64,000 nucleotides of DNA from Vicugna vicugna (lineage: Eukaryota). Below, in pieces: positions 1 through 10,654 of this stretch. Position 1 is the first letter of the stretch. The number at the start of each line of letters is the position of its first letter. The position numbers and the translations under genes were made by a program. The stretch is from assembly GCA_013265495.1 (NCBI GenBank), contig MU058213.1, positions 6,464,066 to 6,528,065 of the forward strand, in the 5' to 3' direction. The notes below the pieces were generated by a model. It had not been told where the DNA came from. It did no database searches and saw only the letters and a list, made by a program, of their open reading frames with translations.

Positions 1-1184
1 CAAGCCCAGTGTAACACTGTGGGGCACAAAGGGGGAGGAAGCAATGAATTCTTTGGGCTATCTCTTTCTGATGGTCTCAGAGTGTTAGCGGGACAGGCTA
101 TGTGGGCATGTGACCTGTGCCACCCCCCGGGGCCCTGTGGTTATTTTAATGCTCTCTGTCACTATCTTGAAATTCTTAATAATTTTTTGGCACAGGGCTC
201 CATATGGTATGTTTTGCACCGGGCCCAGCAAATGATGTAGCCGGTTCTGGGTGCCGATAAGAGATGGTGCCAGCGCTGTTACCACTCCCTTTGCCAGCAG
301 TGGCTAAAATGAGTTGCCTTGGTGGAACACTGGAGGTTCTAGCTTCAGGCATCACTCACCCACAGGGTCCCCCCTGGCAGCGCTGGCTCAGCATAGGCTC
401 AGCTCAGCACCACCAGGGTATGTATGACTTCAAAGGCACAAGTGACTTTAGGGGCAGTGGGTGACAGCGTCTTGGCATGGGCAGCAGGCCATTCACAGCT
501 GACACCAGCTTCAGAGGAAGCTGTGAGCTTCTTGCAGGTGGCTCTTCAGCCGGGGGATGGTTCAGAAGAGCAGTTGAGGGAGGGAGATCCTGGCATCTCA
601 ACAAACATGGGAGACACTCCCGGGGGTGACTTTAAAGGACAAAGGGTGGTGGTCTTGGTCCACGACGTCTTGTGGGGATTGGAGCCAGAGAAAGACGTCT
701 GAAATGTTCGCTTTTACCTCAAGTCTAGTGCAGCCTGGGGGAACCGGGGTTATACATAAAAAGTATAGATCTGTTCACCAAATTCTGCAGCTGAGGTGAG
801 ACCCCAGAAAAGGGGAGCCCCGAAGACCCATCCCTGTATTTGCAGTGGAGATAGACATACTTCTAGACTCTAGGCCAAGACTAATGAGTGATAACAATGA
901 TGAAGCCAGCTGGTGCTATTGTGCCATTATTGTTACGAAGTGTTTTCATATACTCGGACATAAATGAGCAAGAGAAGAATGAGGGAGGTCAGGTAGGGAT
1001 TATGCGTCCTGAGACTGAAAACGTCAACTGAGGAGCAAGCCGGAACCCTGCAGGTGGAATGCGGGCGGGTCTGTGTTCTCGCCTCTCCAAACCGGTAAGG
1101 GAAGGGCTGCCTTTATTCTGGCAGCCCGGAACCTGGAATAGAAACTAGGGCACGAAGGAGACATTTAGTAAATGAACTGAACTC

Positions 1185-1665
1185 AAAGTGATATGACAAC
1201 ACGTAGAAGCCAGTCCATAATTTTCTGGTTGAGGCTTTGCGAAGACTTGTAACGCTTCATGGTTCTTGAGGGGTTGAGATCTTATTAACAAAAGCTATCT
1301 AATACAAATTACTGTGTATAAAAAAGATAAACAAGGTCCTGCTGTATAGCACAGGGATCTATATTAAATATCTTGTAATAAGAGATAATGAAAAAGAATA
1401 TACACGTATATAACAATCACTGTGCTGTACACTAGAAACCAACACAACATTGTGAATCAACTATAGTTCAATTTTAAATAACTAGAAAAATATCTAAAAC
1501 TGAGAAATGAGGCAATAAGACTGCTGCATGCTCTTTCAAAATCATGGGAGATACTGAAGCATTGTCTAACACACCTGCTAAATCATCTAATTCTAAGAGA
1601 TGTGATTTTAGACTATTATTTACTATTGATTAGGCTCAGGTTGCACAAAACTACTGTTAATTTGT
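1185..1665 (-). pseudogene. Endogenous bornavirus-like matrix (M) element, decayed, interrupted by an L1 3' fragment
   Basis: Hand translation on minus: INSSFVQ.. /fs/ SIVNNSLKSHLLELDDLAGVLDNASVSPMILKEHAAVLLPHFSVLDIF (LLELD at 1585-1599), then after the L1 insert LIRSQPLKNHEALQVF. This is colinear with remembered BoDV-1 M (HSYVE..VIVPGWPTLMLEIDFVGGTSRNQFLNIPFLSVKEPLQLPREKKLTDYFTIDVEPAGHSLVNIYF). Confidence 0.72.
1303..1480 (+). mobile_element. L1 3'-UTR fragment (5'-truncated)
   Basis: Typical artiodactyl L1 3' end (aacaaggtcctgctgtatagcacaggg...caactatagttcaatt), with degenerate flanking duplication taac..tatctaa. Confidence 0.85.
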
Positions 1666-1699
1666 GGATTTTTGTCCTGAATTGATGCAACTGGTTTTG

Positions 1700-2155
1700 T
1701 CTATAGGAAAGATAACCTGAAAGCTTATGGTGGATTTATCTTGTGCAGCATTAACCAGAAGGCTTGTTTTGACATTCTTTCCCCCATTAATTATGTATTT
1801 AGTAATCCTATCCTCCTTGGAACCGGCTCTAAGATCCTGCTGATTCCCATATTAATGAGTTAAGTATGTCTTTGACTTATGGTCACTATTAATTTGTTAT
1901 GTTTTAAACTTTTTGAAATTTGTACTTTGATAATTCAAGCCTGTATTACTAAAATTTCACTCAGAATAAGCTACATTTTGGATTTTGAAAAATGCAACTC
2001 CCTTAAGAAAATCAGGATTGTCCATTACTACTTTATCCTTTGGTACATATAATTGTAAATTCCCAAGAAATAGTCCTGTATCAATAGTAGCATTGTATCA
2101 ATGACATTGGATGCCATCATTTTTGCATAGTAAATATACTTCAAGAAAACCTTTA
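1700..2155 (-). pseudogene. Endogenous bornavirus-like glycoprotein (G), C-terminal part
   Basis: A single minus frame, 2160->1801, reads KGFLEVYLLCKNDGIQCH*YNATIDTGLFLGNL...QINSDHKSKTYLTH*YGNQQDL. Remembered BoDV-1 G reads [29 protein letters not shown]...[21 protein letters not shown]. N-glycosylation sequons NAT and NFS are present. Confidence 0.75.
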
Positions 2156-2337
2156 CTTTGAAGGATTTTGAGCATACACAAAAGTGGACAGAATAGTAAA
2201 ATGAACCTCCATGAACCCATCACGCAGCTTCAATATTTATTAACCTAATGGCCAGCCTTGCCCTACTCATACCTCCATTCATTATTAATTTGAAGCATTC
2301 CTAGATGTTATATCATCTTACCTGTAAATATATTCTT
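2150..2337 (-). mobile_element. Old L1M (L1MC/L1MD-like) 3' end fragment
   Basis: catacacaaaagt..gaatagtaaaatgaacc..acccatcac..cagcttcaa..atggccagccttg pattern, typical of old L1M 3' UTRs. Confidence 0.7.
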
Positions 2338-3578
2338 TTTTTTAAACTGAAGTACAGTCAGTTACAATGTATGAATTTCTGGTGTACAGCACAATGTCCC
2401 AGTCATTCATATACATACATATTTGTTTTCATATTCTTTTTCATTTAAGGTTACTACAAGATATTGAACATAGTTTCCTGTGCTATGCAGAAGAAATTTT
2501 TTTAAAATCTATTTTTATATATAGTGGCTAACATTTGTAAATCTCAAACTCCCAAATTTATCCCTTCCCATCCCCTTCCCTTGGTAACCATACGCTTGTT
2601 TACTATGTCTGCGAGTCTGTTTCTGTTTTGTAGATGAGTTCATGGTGTCCTTTATTTTCTTTTCATTTTTTTAGATTCCGCATATGAGTGATATCATATG
2701 GTATTTTTCCTTCTTTTTCTGGCTTACTTCACTTAGAATGACAGTCTCTAGGTCCATCCATGTTTCTGCAAATGGAATAATTTTATTCTCTTTTATGGCT
2801 GAGTAGTATTCCATTGTATACATAAACCACAACTTCTTTATCCAGTCATCTGTTGATGGACATTTAGGTTGCTTCCGTGCCTTGGCTATTGTGAATAGTG
2901 CTGCTCTGAACACTGGGGTGCACATATCTTTTCAAATAGAGTTCTCTCCAGATATATACCCAGAAGTGGGATTACTGGATCATATGGTAAGTGTATTTTT
3001 AGTTTTTTGAGGAATCTCCATTACCATTTTCCGTAATGGCTGCACCAAACTACATTCCCACCAGCAGTGTAGGATGGTTCCCTTTTCTCCACACCCTCTC
3101 TGGCATTTATTATTCATGGACTTTGGAATGATGGTCTGATGTGAGGTGATACCTCATTGTAGTTTTGATTTGCATTTCTCTGATAATTAGTGATACTGAA
3201 TATTTTTTCATGTGCCTATTGGCAGTTTGTATGTCTTCATTGGAGAATTGCTTGTTTAGGTCTTCTACCCATTTTTGGGTTGGGTTTTCTTTTTGTTATT
3301 AAGTTGTATGAGCTGTGTATATTTTCTGGAAATTAAGCCTTTGTCAGTTGCATCATTTGGAAATATCTTTTCCCATTCTGTAGGTTGTTGTTTTGTTTTG
3401 CTTATGGTTTCCCTTGCTGTGCCAAAGCTTATAAATTTAATTAGGTCCCATTTGTTTATTTTTGCTTTTATTTCTGTTGCTTGGGGAGACTGCCCTAGGA
3501 GAACACTGCTACATTTTATGTCAGGGAATGTTTTGCCTATGTCTCCTTCTAGGAGGTTTACCGCGTCTTATCTTACAT
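2338..3578 (-). mobile_element. Lineage-specific L1, 5'-truncated (ORF2 C-terminus + 3' UTR)
   Basis: ORF 2671-2925 matches the L1 ORF2 C-terminus (FTIAK..KQPKCPS..EYYSAIK). A 15-bp TSD tgtaaatatattctt lies at 2323-2337 and 3579-3593. Confidence 0.95.
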
Positions 3579-3594
3579 TGTAAATATATTCTTG

Positions 3595-4240
3595 AATTAG
3601 AACAAAACAGCAAGACAGTGTTTATTTGAGTTACTGATTTGGGCTACATCTGTTGAGATTGCTTGTCAATATATCACATCCCAAATAATCGCATTCTGCG
3701 TTCTCGCAGATGAAGCTAAATGTCTGGCCTTTTCTCAATTGACATGACATGAAAATATTTCTCTTGTGGCCATTAGAAAACATTGCCTACCAAAAACTCA
3801 TGAATAAAATGGATCTGATCTTAGAGTTATACACATGACATATTTATGTAACATGACCAAACGGTCTTGTCGATTTTAGTGGTTTTGTTTTAAATTTTTA
3901 GGTCATAAAGAATAAGGGTCATAGTGAGAGAAAAAAAAAATAGGAACTTATCTGCAGTTTCTTAACTTGCAAGATAGCCTATGAGAAAAAAAATAAAATA
4001 ACGGGAGAGTATTGGTCAGTGGTAGAGTGCATGCTTAGCATGCACGAGGTCCTGGGCTCAATCCCCTGGACTACCTCATAAATAAACCTAACTGCCTCCT
4101 CCTGCCCCCCAAAAAAACTAAGGGGGGAAAAAGAAAGATAGACTGTGAGCGAAAAAACCAAAACAAAAGAGGAACTTGTCTCCAGTTTCTTAACTTGCAA
4201 GATAGACTAGAGTAGTGTAAGGGAACTGTATACAGCATCC
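3595..4240 (-). pseudogene. Endogenous bornavirus-like glycoprotein (G), N-terminal part
   Basis: Minus translation: YTVPLHYSSLSCKLRNCR*VPIFFFS..QDRLVMLHKYVMCITLRSDPFYS*VFGRQCFLMATREIFSCHVN..GQTFSFICENAEC. Remembered BoDV-1 G: [63 protein letters not shown]. Cys spacing is largely kept. Confidence 0.72.
4003..4120 (+). mobile_element. Vic-1-type tRNA-derived SINE (camelid)
   Basis: gggagagtattggtcagtggtagagtgcatgcttagcatgcacgaggtcctgggctcaatcccc: A/B boxes, followed by an aataaacctaa/C-rich/A-rich tail. Confidence 0.88.
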
Positions 4241-4242
4241 CT

Positions 4243-5183
4243 TAGTTGACCTTTCAAAAACACAGACTTGAACTACGTGGGTCCACTTAAATTTTTTCAG
4301 TCAATATATTGGGAAGCTTTTGAGGAAGTTTGCTACAATTTGAAAACGCTAGCAGATGAACAGTATAGCTTTTCTCTTTCCCTCGCTGGAAAATAGCCTA
4401 TTGGAGAAATAGCCCGTCGTCAGCCTGTCTTCACAGGTAAGTGGTTTAAAAAAAAAAAAGGTAATAATATTTCCAATACTGTTTTAAGACTCTGCGATAT
4501 GTATGCCATAAAAGTTTTGGTAATGATATAGGCTAGGCTGTTCAAGCAATTATACTGATAATACAAGGCTGCTCTAAAGCAATCCTGTTGCTGCTTCGTT
4601 ATCAACGCGCGAATCATACCTGTACATACATAAGAATTTCTTTTTCATGTTATCTTTACACTTTTGATGACTAGTGTTGGGAATACATGACATTTGTAGT
4701 AATTTGTATCATAGAAAGCAATGTTGATGAAGGTGCTGACAGACGGTTCATCCTACAAACAGACGATGGAAACTTACAAGATGGATAAATACGGTACCCT
4801 AAACGTATTTTCTCTCCCTTATGATTTTCTTAGTAACATTTTCTTTTTTCTCACTTAGTTGATTGTAAGAATACAGTATATCATTCTAACTCAGGGAAGA
4901 TGATTCTTTAGGATACTGGTCCACCATTTTCTCGATCTGCTGGGTTTCCAAATAAAGTCACTATTCCTTGCCCCCTGACCAAAAAAAAAAAGAATACATA
5001 AAAGTATATCATACATATAACGTACAGGATATGTGTTAATCAACTGTGTATGTTACTGGCTAAGCTTCTGGGTCAACAGGAGGCTATTGCTAGTTAACTT
5101 TTGGGGAAGTTGAAGTTATTCTCAAATTTTCAACCATGAAGGCAGCCAGCACTCTGAACGCCCACGTTGTTCAGGGGTCAGCT
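4243..5183 (+). mobile_element. Tigger2-family DNA transposon (internally deleted)
   Basis: Terminal inverted repeats tagttgacctttcaaaaacac ... gttgttcaggggtcagctg; internal text matches the Tigger2 3' region. Confidence 0.85.
4885..4991 (+). mobile_element. Retroposed ERV1 LTR U3/R fragment with poly(A) tail
   Basis: Homologous to 8563-8657 of the nearby LTR. AATAAA at 4951-4956, A11 at 4981-4991, and a TSD-like aagaataca..gtatatcat on both sides. Confidence 0.75.
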
Positions 5184-5187
5184 GTGT

Positions 5188-5410
5188 AAGAGTAGTGGAG
5201 AAGAATCAGGGAGATTTGGACCCAGACTGCATGGGGTCAAGTCCTAATTCGACCACTAAGCAGCTACGTAACCTTCAACAACTTAACCTTTTTGTGTCCT
5301 CATTCACAAAACAGGGGAAATGCTAGTACCTGCCTTGTTATGAGGTTTTGAGAGAATTAAGTCTGTTTCTAAAGCCTTTAGGACAAGGCCTAGCACATGT
5401 CAAGTAAATA
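5188..5410 (+). mobile_element. MIR SINE
   Basis: ccagactgc..ggtcaagtcct..ccact..gct..gtaaccttcaacaacttaacc..tgtcctcatt..aaaacagggg MIR core. Confidence 0.7.
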
Positions 5411-8150
5411 TTAATATCAAAAGGGAATGATTCTCACTTTTTCAGGTTCTCTTCCAGACCTCACCCAGACACACGATTTGCATTCTCATGATTATAGTAC
5501 GCGTCGACATCTGTAAGCTGTGTTTTTTCTGCCTGTAGTCTGGCTTTATGTTCTAATCACCATCATGTACACTATCCTGTGTGTCTCAGTAGCTCTCCTA
5601 GTAATTATTTTACGTTGTTTAATAACGATGTAGCCTAGTTTATTACCTTCTTCCTCCGGTATAGGTATTTAGGTTATTTCAGCGTCTTGCTATTACTATA
5701 GAAAGGTTAGATCTTTGTGTAGAAGTGGTGGAGAAAAATGAGAAGTTTCAGGGGTGGGTAGGGGAAGCCAAACAGGAGGAAAGAGTCGTTGATGGGGAAC
5801 ATGGGAAAGTACTGCAAAGTACCCTGATCCTTGCTTCTGTAAAAACATAAGTAGGTCACTCCAAAAAATAGTGTCAGAGGTTGCAAAGGCTAACAGGGGC
5901 CCTTGAGGTCAAAGCCACTGAACCTGGAAGCAGATCTGTCTGAGGGCTGGCACCCCAGCCCACCAGCGGTGTGGCTCTTGGCCACCCTGCACCCTGGTGG
6001 TCTCCCTGTAGCCCAGGAATCCCAGCCTCCCCATGGGATTCGGGGAACCTGGAGAGCAGCCACAACACTGAGCACATGGAAGGGACAGCTCTGACCCCTG
6101 AGCCTGCCATCCAGGTGGGGTTGATGCATTACTCCAGGAAGAATGTCACCGTCCCCGGGAGCAGTGGGGTGACAGGAGACAGAGAAGGATTGTGCAACCC
6201 ATGGAGTAATCAACAACTGAAGCTGTGAGGCAAATGGCCAGCTCCTCTGACCCAGAGAGCCTGAGCTCCGTAGCATTGCCTGAGGCTGGCTGGGACCTGC
6301 GTCCGAACTCTGTCCACAAAACTGCCTTTGGCATAAATTCTAGAAATGGTAAATCCCTGTTTGGAAACCGTTGTTTCCAGTCCTCCTTTCACACTGGCCT
6401 TACTCACACCCTTTGCATGCGCTCATATTAGGGAGGTGAGGTTGGACAACCTTGGGGTTCCACAGCCTAGACCAAAAAAGCCCTCACTCAGCACCCTGTT
6501 TTTGTCAAGTCGCGAAGGGCTCTGTAAAAATTCATGCATAATTCATTTGAACTCCGTAATTGATTTACTTTTCTCTTTCTGTAGAAAATAACCTTGATAT
6601 ACTGAAATCAAACTAACGGACACCTTTGCTTTTTCCCCGGCCTGCTACCACACACAGGAAACAGGTCTAGGGGTGCGGAGGAGGGGGAGGGTCTTGTACC
6701 CCCCCTTCTCTTCCTCCTCCTCCTCCCCCTTCCTCTCCTCTTGGTAGCATACTTAACTGGATTTAAAAAAAAAATTTAGATTGTAATAAGAATAGATTCA
6801 AACTGCTTTTATTTTTTAATAAAAAAGTATATTCAGACTAGAAGAAAAGTTACAAAAGTAGCACCAGGAAATCCCATGTGTGTTTCGCTCAAATTCCCGG
6901 AATGTTAACATTTCACCACTTCAGCTTCATTGTTTTCTCTCCCCACCCCCCCTTTCCTCAACCCCCGGGACACATGAGAACACTCAGATGTTCTTCCCTC
7001 AGCGTCATTTGAGAGGTTACATCCTCATACCCTCTGATCCCTTTCCCTTAAGGCTGACTTCCCTGTGTAGTTTGGAATAAGGATGTTCTTTTACGTGACC
7101 ACAGGATGGGTATCAAGTTCAGGAAATCGTAGCTGAATGCTGCACGCTGCACTTCTGTCTATGTCCATATGCTAACTTTGTCCGTTGTTTGATGAGTGCT
7201 CTTTATAGCACGTTTTTATTTACAGGGCTTTTTTCTATCCAGCACTTTCTCCTTTCCCAGTACAGGGTCACATGTTACATGTTGCTGTCCAGCCTCTTTA
7301 GGCTGCTTTAATCTGGAACACTTGCTCAGCCTTTCTTTAGCTTTCGAGACATTGACTTTAAAAACAAACAAACAAAAAAAACCAGGCTATTTATGTTACG
7401 GGATGTTTCTCAAGTTGGCGTTGCCTGACGTTTCCTCCTCTTTATAGTCAAGTCTGGCTGGAACATTATGTGAGACAGTGTGTGTCTTAGGCTATTGCCT
7501 CTGCAGCACATAATGTCTTGTTGGCCCCTCACTGGCGATGGTAATTCATCACTAGGTCTGGGTGCCGGTGTTGTCCAGTTTCTCCACTGTATTAATATTT
7601 TACCCCTTGCAATGAATACATCTGTGAAGGCACTTTAAAGTCCTCACATATCCTGTTCCTCCTCAAACTTTCCACTTTGTATTTAGAATCTGCCCTGTAT
7701 TTAGAATCCATTGATGATCCTTGCATGAACCAATCTTTACTAAGATAGCTGCAAAATGGTGATTTTCCAACTCTGTCACTCCCTTCACATTTAGCGGTTG
7801 GTATTCTGCTGTAGGGAAGAGCACCCCCTCCTTGCTCATTTGCCTGTTTGCCTGCTTACCTGTCCGTCTGTCCATCCAGCCAGGCAGCTACCCACCATCT
7901 ATCCATCTATTTTATCAATATGAACCCACAGACTCCTATCTTACAGGAGTTATATTCCATTACTGTCCTAATATGTTTTGATGCTCAAGTGTTTAAGATA
8001 AGTCACTTCAAATTGGTTCCCATGTCCTTTTAACATGCTTCCACCATGTTTTGAGCACTTCCTTACTTTCTGGCACAAGATGATCCAGTCACTCTGTACC
8101 TTCCTTAACTCAGCCCTGGAATCATCTACTTCTCCAAGGAGCCCTGATTC

Positions 8151-8716
8151 TATAATAGAAGAGAACAGATCTGACTATAGTGGATCTGTTCCTTTAGTTT
8201 TAACCACTGTGCCCTTTTTTTCTGGGTTCATTTTTGCTAGCTCTGCACCTTTTGTAAATGAATGTTGCCTTTAGCCTGTCTGGTAAACAGGGGAGCCTTT
8301 TCTCAAGGTTCTGATCTTTAAGGATATTAAAACTTCTGCACTTACATAAAGATAACAAGTTGCAGAATAGAGGGTAGCCTTTGTCTTGTTGGAGGTTTTG
8401 CAGGAGCACCATGACCTGGCCCATGTGCACCATTGCAGGAACAAAGACTTCCTACACCAACAAGTTTGCAACAACCAACCTCCCCCACCCCCCGCTTTTG
8501 TTTTTTGGTTTTTTTTTGTTTTTGTTTTTTGTTTTTTTTTTGTATAAAAGGAGCCTGTATTCTGATTGGAGCAGGATGGTTCTCCAAGACATCAGTCTGC
8601 CATCCTGTCGGTGTGCCGGCTTTCTGAATAAACTCTCTATTTCTTGCCCGAACACCTTGTCTCCTGATTTATTGGCCTGTTGTGCAGCAAGCAGAATGAG
8701 TTTGGACTTGGTAACA
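8151..8716 (+). mobile_element. ERV1-class solo LTR
   Basis: Ends in ...ggtaaca; 4-bp TSD ATTC at 8147-8150 and 8717-8720; TATAAA near 8543 and AATAAA near 8627; interrupts an L1M. Confidence 0.88.
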
Positions 8717-9151
8717 ATTCCTTTTAGGGGAGAGTGGTATTTAGAAGCCAATTTCTGGGTACTAAGTATGCTCCCAGTTTTGGGGGTGTCACTGTTCCTA
8801 GGTTCTGTCAATGTATTGAGCTAGAGGAAATATGTTTATACATGTTTGATTCATGATTTCTAAAAATACACATGTTTTAGAAACCATGAGTTTACTTTGA
8901 TACTTTCGATTTTACCCACAGGGTTTTGTTTTGTTTTTTCTCACTCCACATTTGTATTTCCCTTCGTCCATCGTGAGAACGCTGGCTCCCAACAGCCTCA
9001 ACATATTTTTCGTATTGCTCATTTGCTCAGACCTATGATTTGTTTGAAATAGTTTTAGATTTGCATCCTAAACCACTATGAAAAACAAACTTACTAGAAA
9101 TAGTTCAAGACTTCTTTGAGTTCTTTTGCCTTTAGCAAAAGATAAAGTGAG

Positions 9152-9232
9152 TGCCCTGTGAGTGCTGAAGCCGCACTTCTCTGGGGCTGCTCCCAGCCAG
9201 GGGGCTGCACGCGCTGGGGCACGTGTGCCCAC
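9152..9232 (+). repeat. 81-bp exact copy of 11406-11486
   Basis: Base-by-base identical (81/81), direct orientation. Confidence 0.95.
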
Positions 9233-9836
9233 TAAAGGCAAATAGTCAAAGTAACTCAAGGCAGATAGTCAAAGTAGTACATTCAGAGTCACTTGGGTTA
9301 GTTCTCCCCCCACCGTCTTCAATGTGGTTATGTTACTCACTTGGAATACAAAGGGACTTATTTATTTCTGTTTGTCTTTAGTTTTACTCCCCTCCCCACC
9401 ACTATTTTATTTTTTGAACTTAATGGAACATTATCACGCTTCCAGCAGTCAAAAAGATACAGAAGTCCCTTCCTTTCACATCATTTCCGTCCTTCCCTCT
9501 TCCCCGCTCCCTTTTAGGCTAACCAATTTCATTACTTTGTTTTTTCTGTCCCTCCCCCCCCAAAACAGCAGCTAACATGGCTACTTTCTTTTGTCTCTCT
9601 TTTTTTCCTTACAAAGAAAAGGTAGTATGTAATGTATTCTTTGTACTTGGAAAAGTACTTTGTACTTTTTCACTTGACTGTATATCCTGGAAATCATTTC
9701 GTATCAGGAGATCTTCCTCATACCTTTTTACAGCTGCAGAATATTGCATTGTGTTGATAAACCACAATAGAAATGTCTCCTGTGCTTGGCCATTCACAAA
9801 GTTTCAAGTATTTTGTAACTGTAAATAGAATTTCCC

Positions 9837-9876
<40 letters not shown>

Positions 9877-9898
9877 CGCGCATGTGCATGTATACATA
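9837..9898. repeat. Compound (TA)n(TG)n(CG)6 microsatellite, alternating purine-pyrimidine tract
   Basis: 62 bp of unbroken Y/R alternation. Confidence 0.9.
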
Positions 9899-10654
9899 AG
9901 AATAACTTTGTACATTTCTGTTTTTGAATCACTGAGTATGTAACTTCAGGGCAAATTCCCAGTAGTGGAAATTGTTGGATCCAAAATATAAATGCACACA
10001 TAGTTTTGTTAGATACTGTCAAATTCCTCTTCATACAAGTTAAGCCATTTTGCATTCCCACCAGAAATGTTGGAGAGGGCCTGTTTGCCCATAGATTTGA
10101 CCAAGGTTTGGAATTGTTAATTAATATTTTTCTTATTAGGACTGAAGTTAAGTATCTTTTCACATATTTAAGGATCATTTTTTATCATTTGATGATTTTT
10201 CTGTTCATGTCCTTTTATAAAATAATTGGCCTCTTTCCCTTCTATTTAAAAGCAATTTATATATTATGGATATTAGTCCTTTAATTGTGCAAATGTTGCA
10301 AATATTTCCATCCAGTGTACTTATCCTTTTACCTTGCTTTTGGTCTAATTTTCCTATGCGAAGTTTTTTACATTTATGTAGTTAAATGTATCAGTCTTGT
10401 TTTATGGCATCTGGATTTTGAGTCATTAATAGGAAGTCTTCCCCTATACTCAGATTATACAGGAATTCATCCATTTATCTTCTACCATTTGTGTAGTTTC
10501 ATTTCTTTATAATTAGATCTCACATTTTAAAAACACTTTTATTGAGGTAAAAGTTATGTACAGTAAAATGCTCATTCTTAAGTGTATTATTCTGCCAGCT
10601 TAGATGAGTGGATATCAAGGCACAAAACATTTCCATTATCCTCTTTTTTCAAAG

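Larger units (their letters stand above)
6790..10510 (-). mobile_element. Fragmented old L1M 3' regions (host for the LTR and the 81-bp insertion)
   Basis: L1M-like text such as tctccaaggagccctgattc|cttttaggggagagtggtatttagaa and gcattcccaccagaaatg. Boundaries are approximate. Confidence 0.65.

Noticed and set aside
3693..3725. Plus-strand FCVLADEAK resembling a hAT transposase motif
   Set aside because: An isolated match. The opposite strand gives several colinear bornavirus G motifs across the same region.
4003..4075. Apparent tRNA genes (also at 18520, 20141, 24278, 60605)
   Set aside because: Diverged heads with AT/C-rich tails, and TSDs in several copies, identify them as SINE copies.
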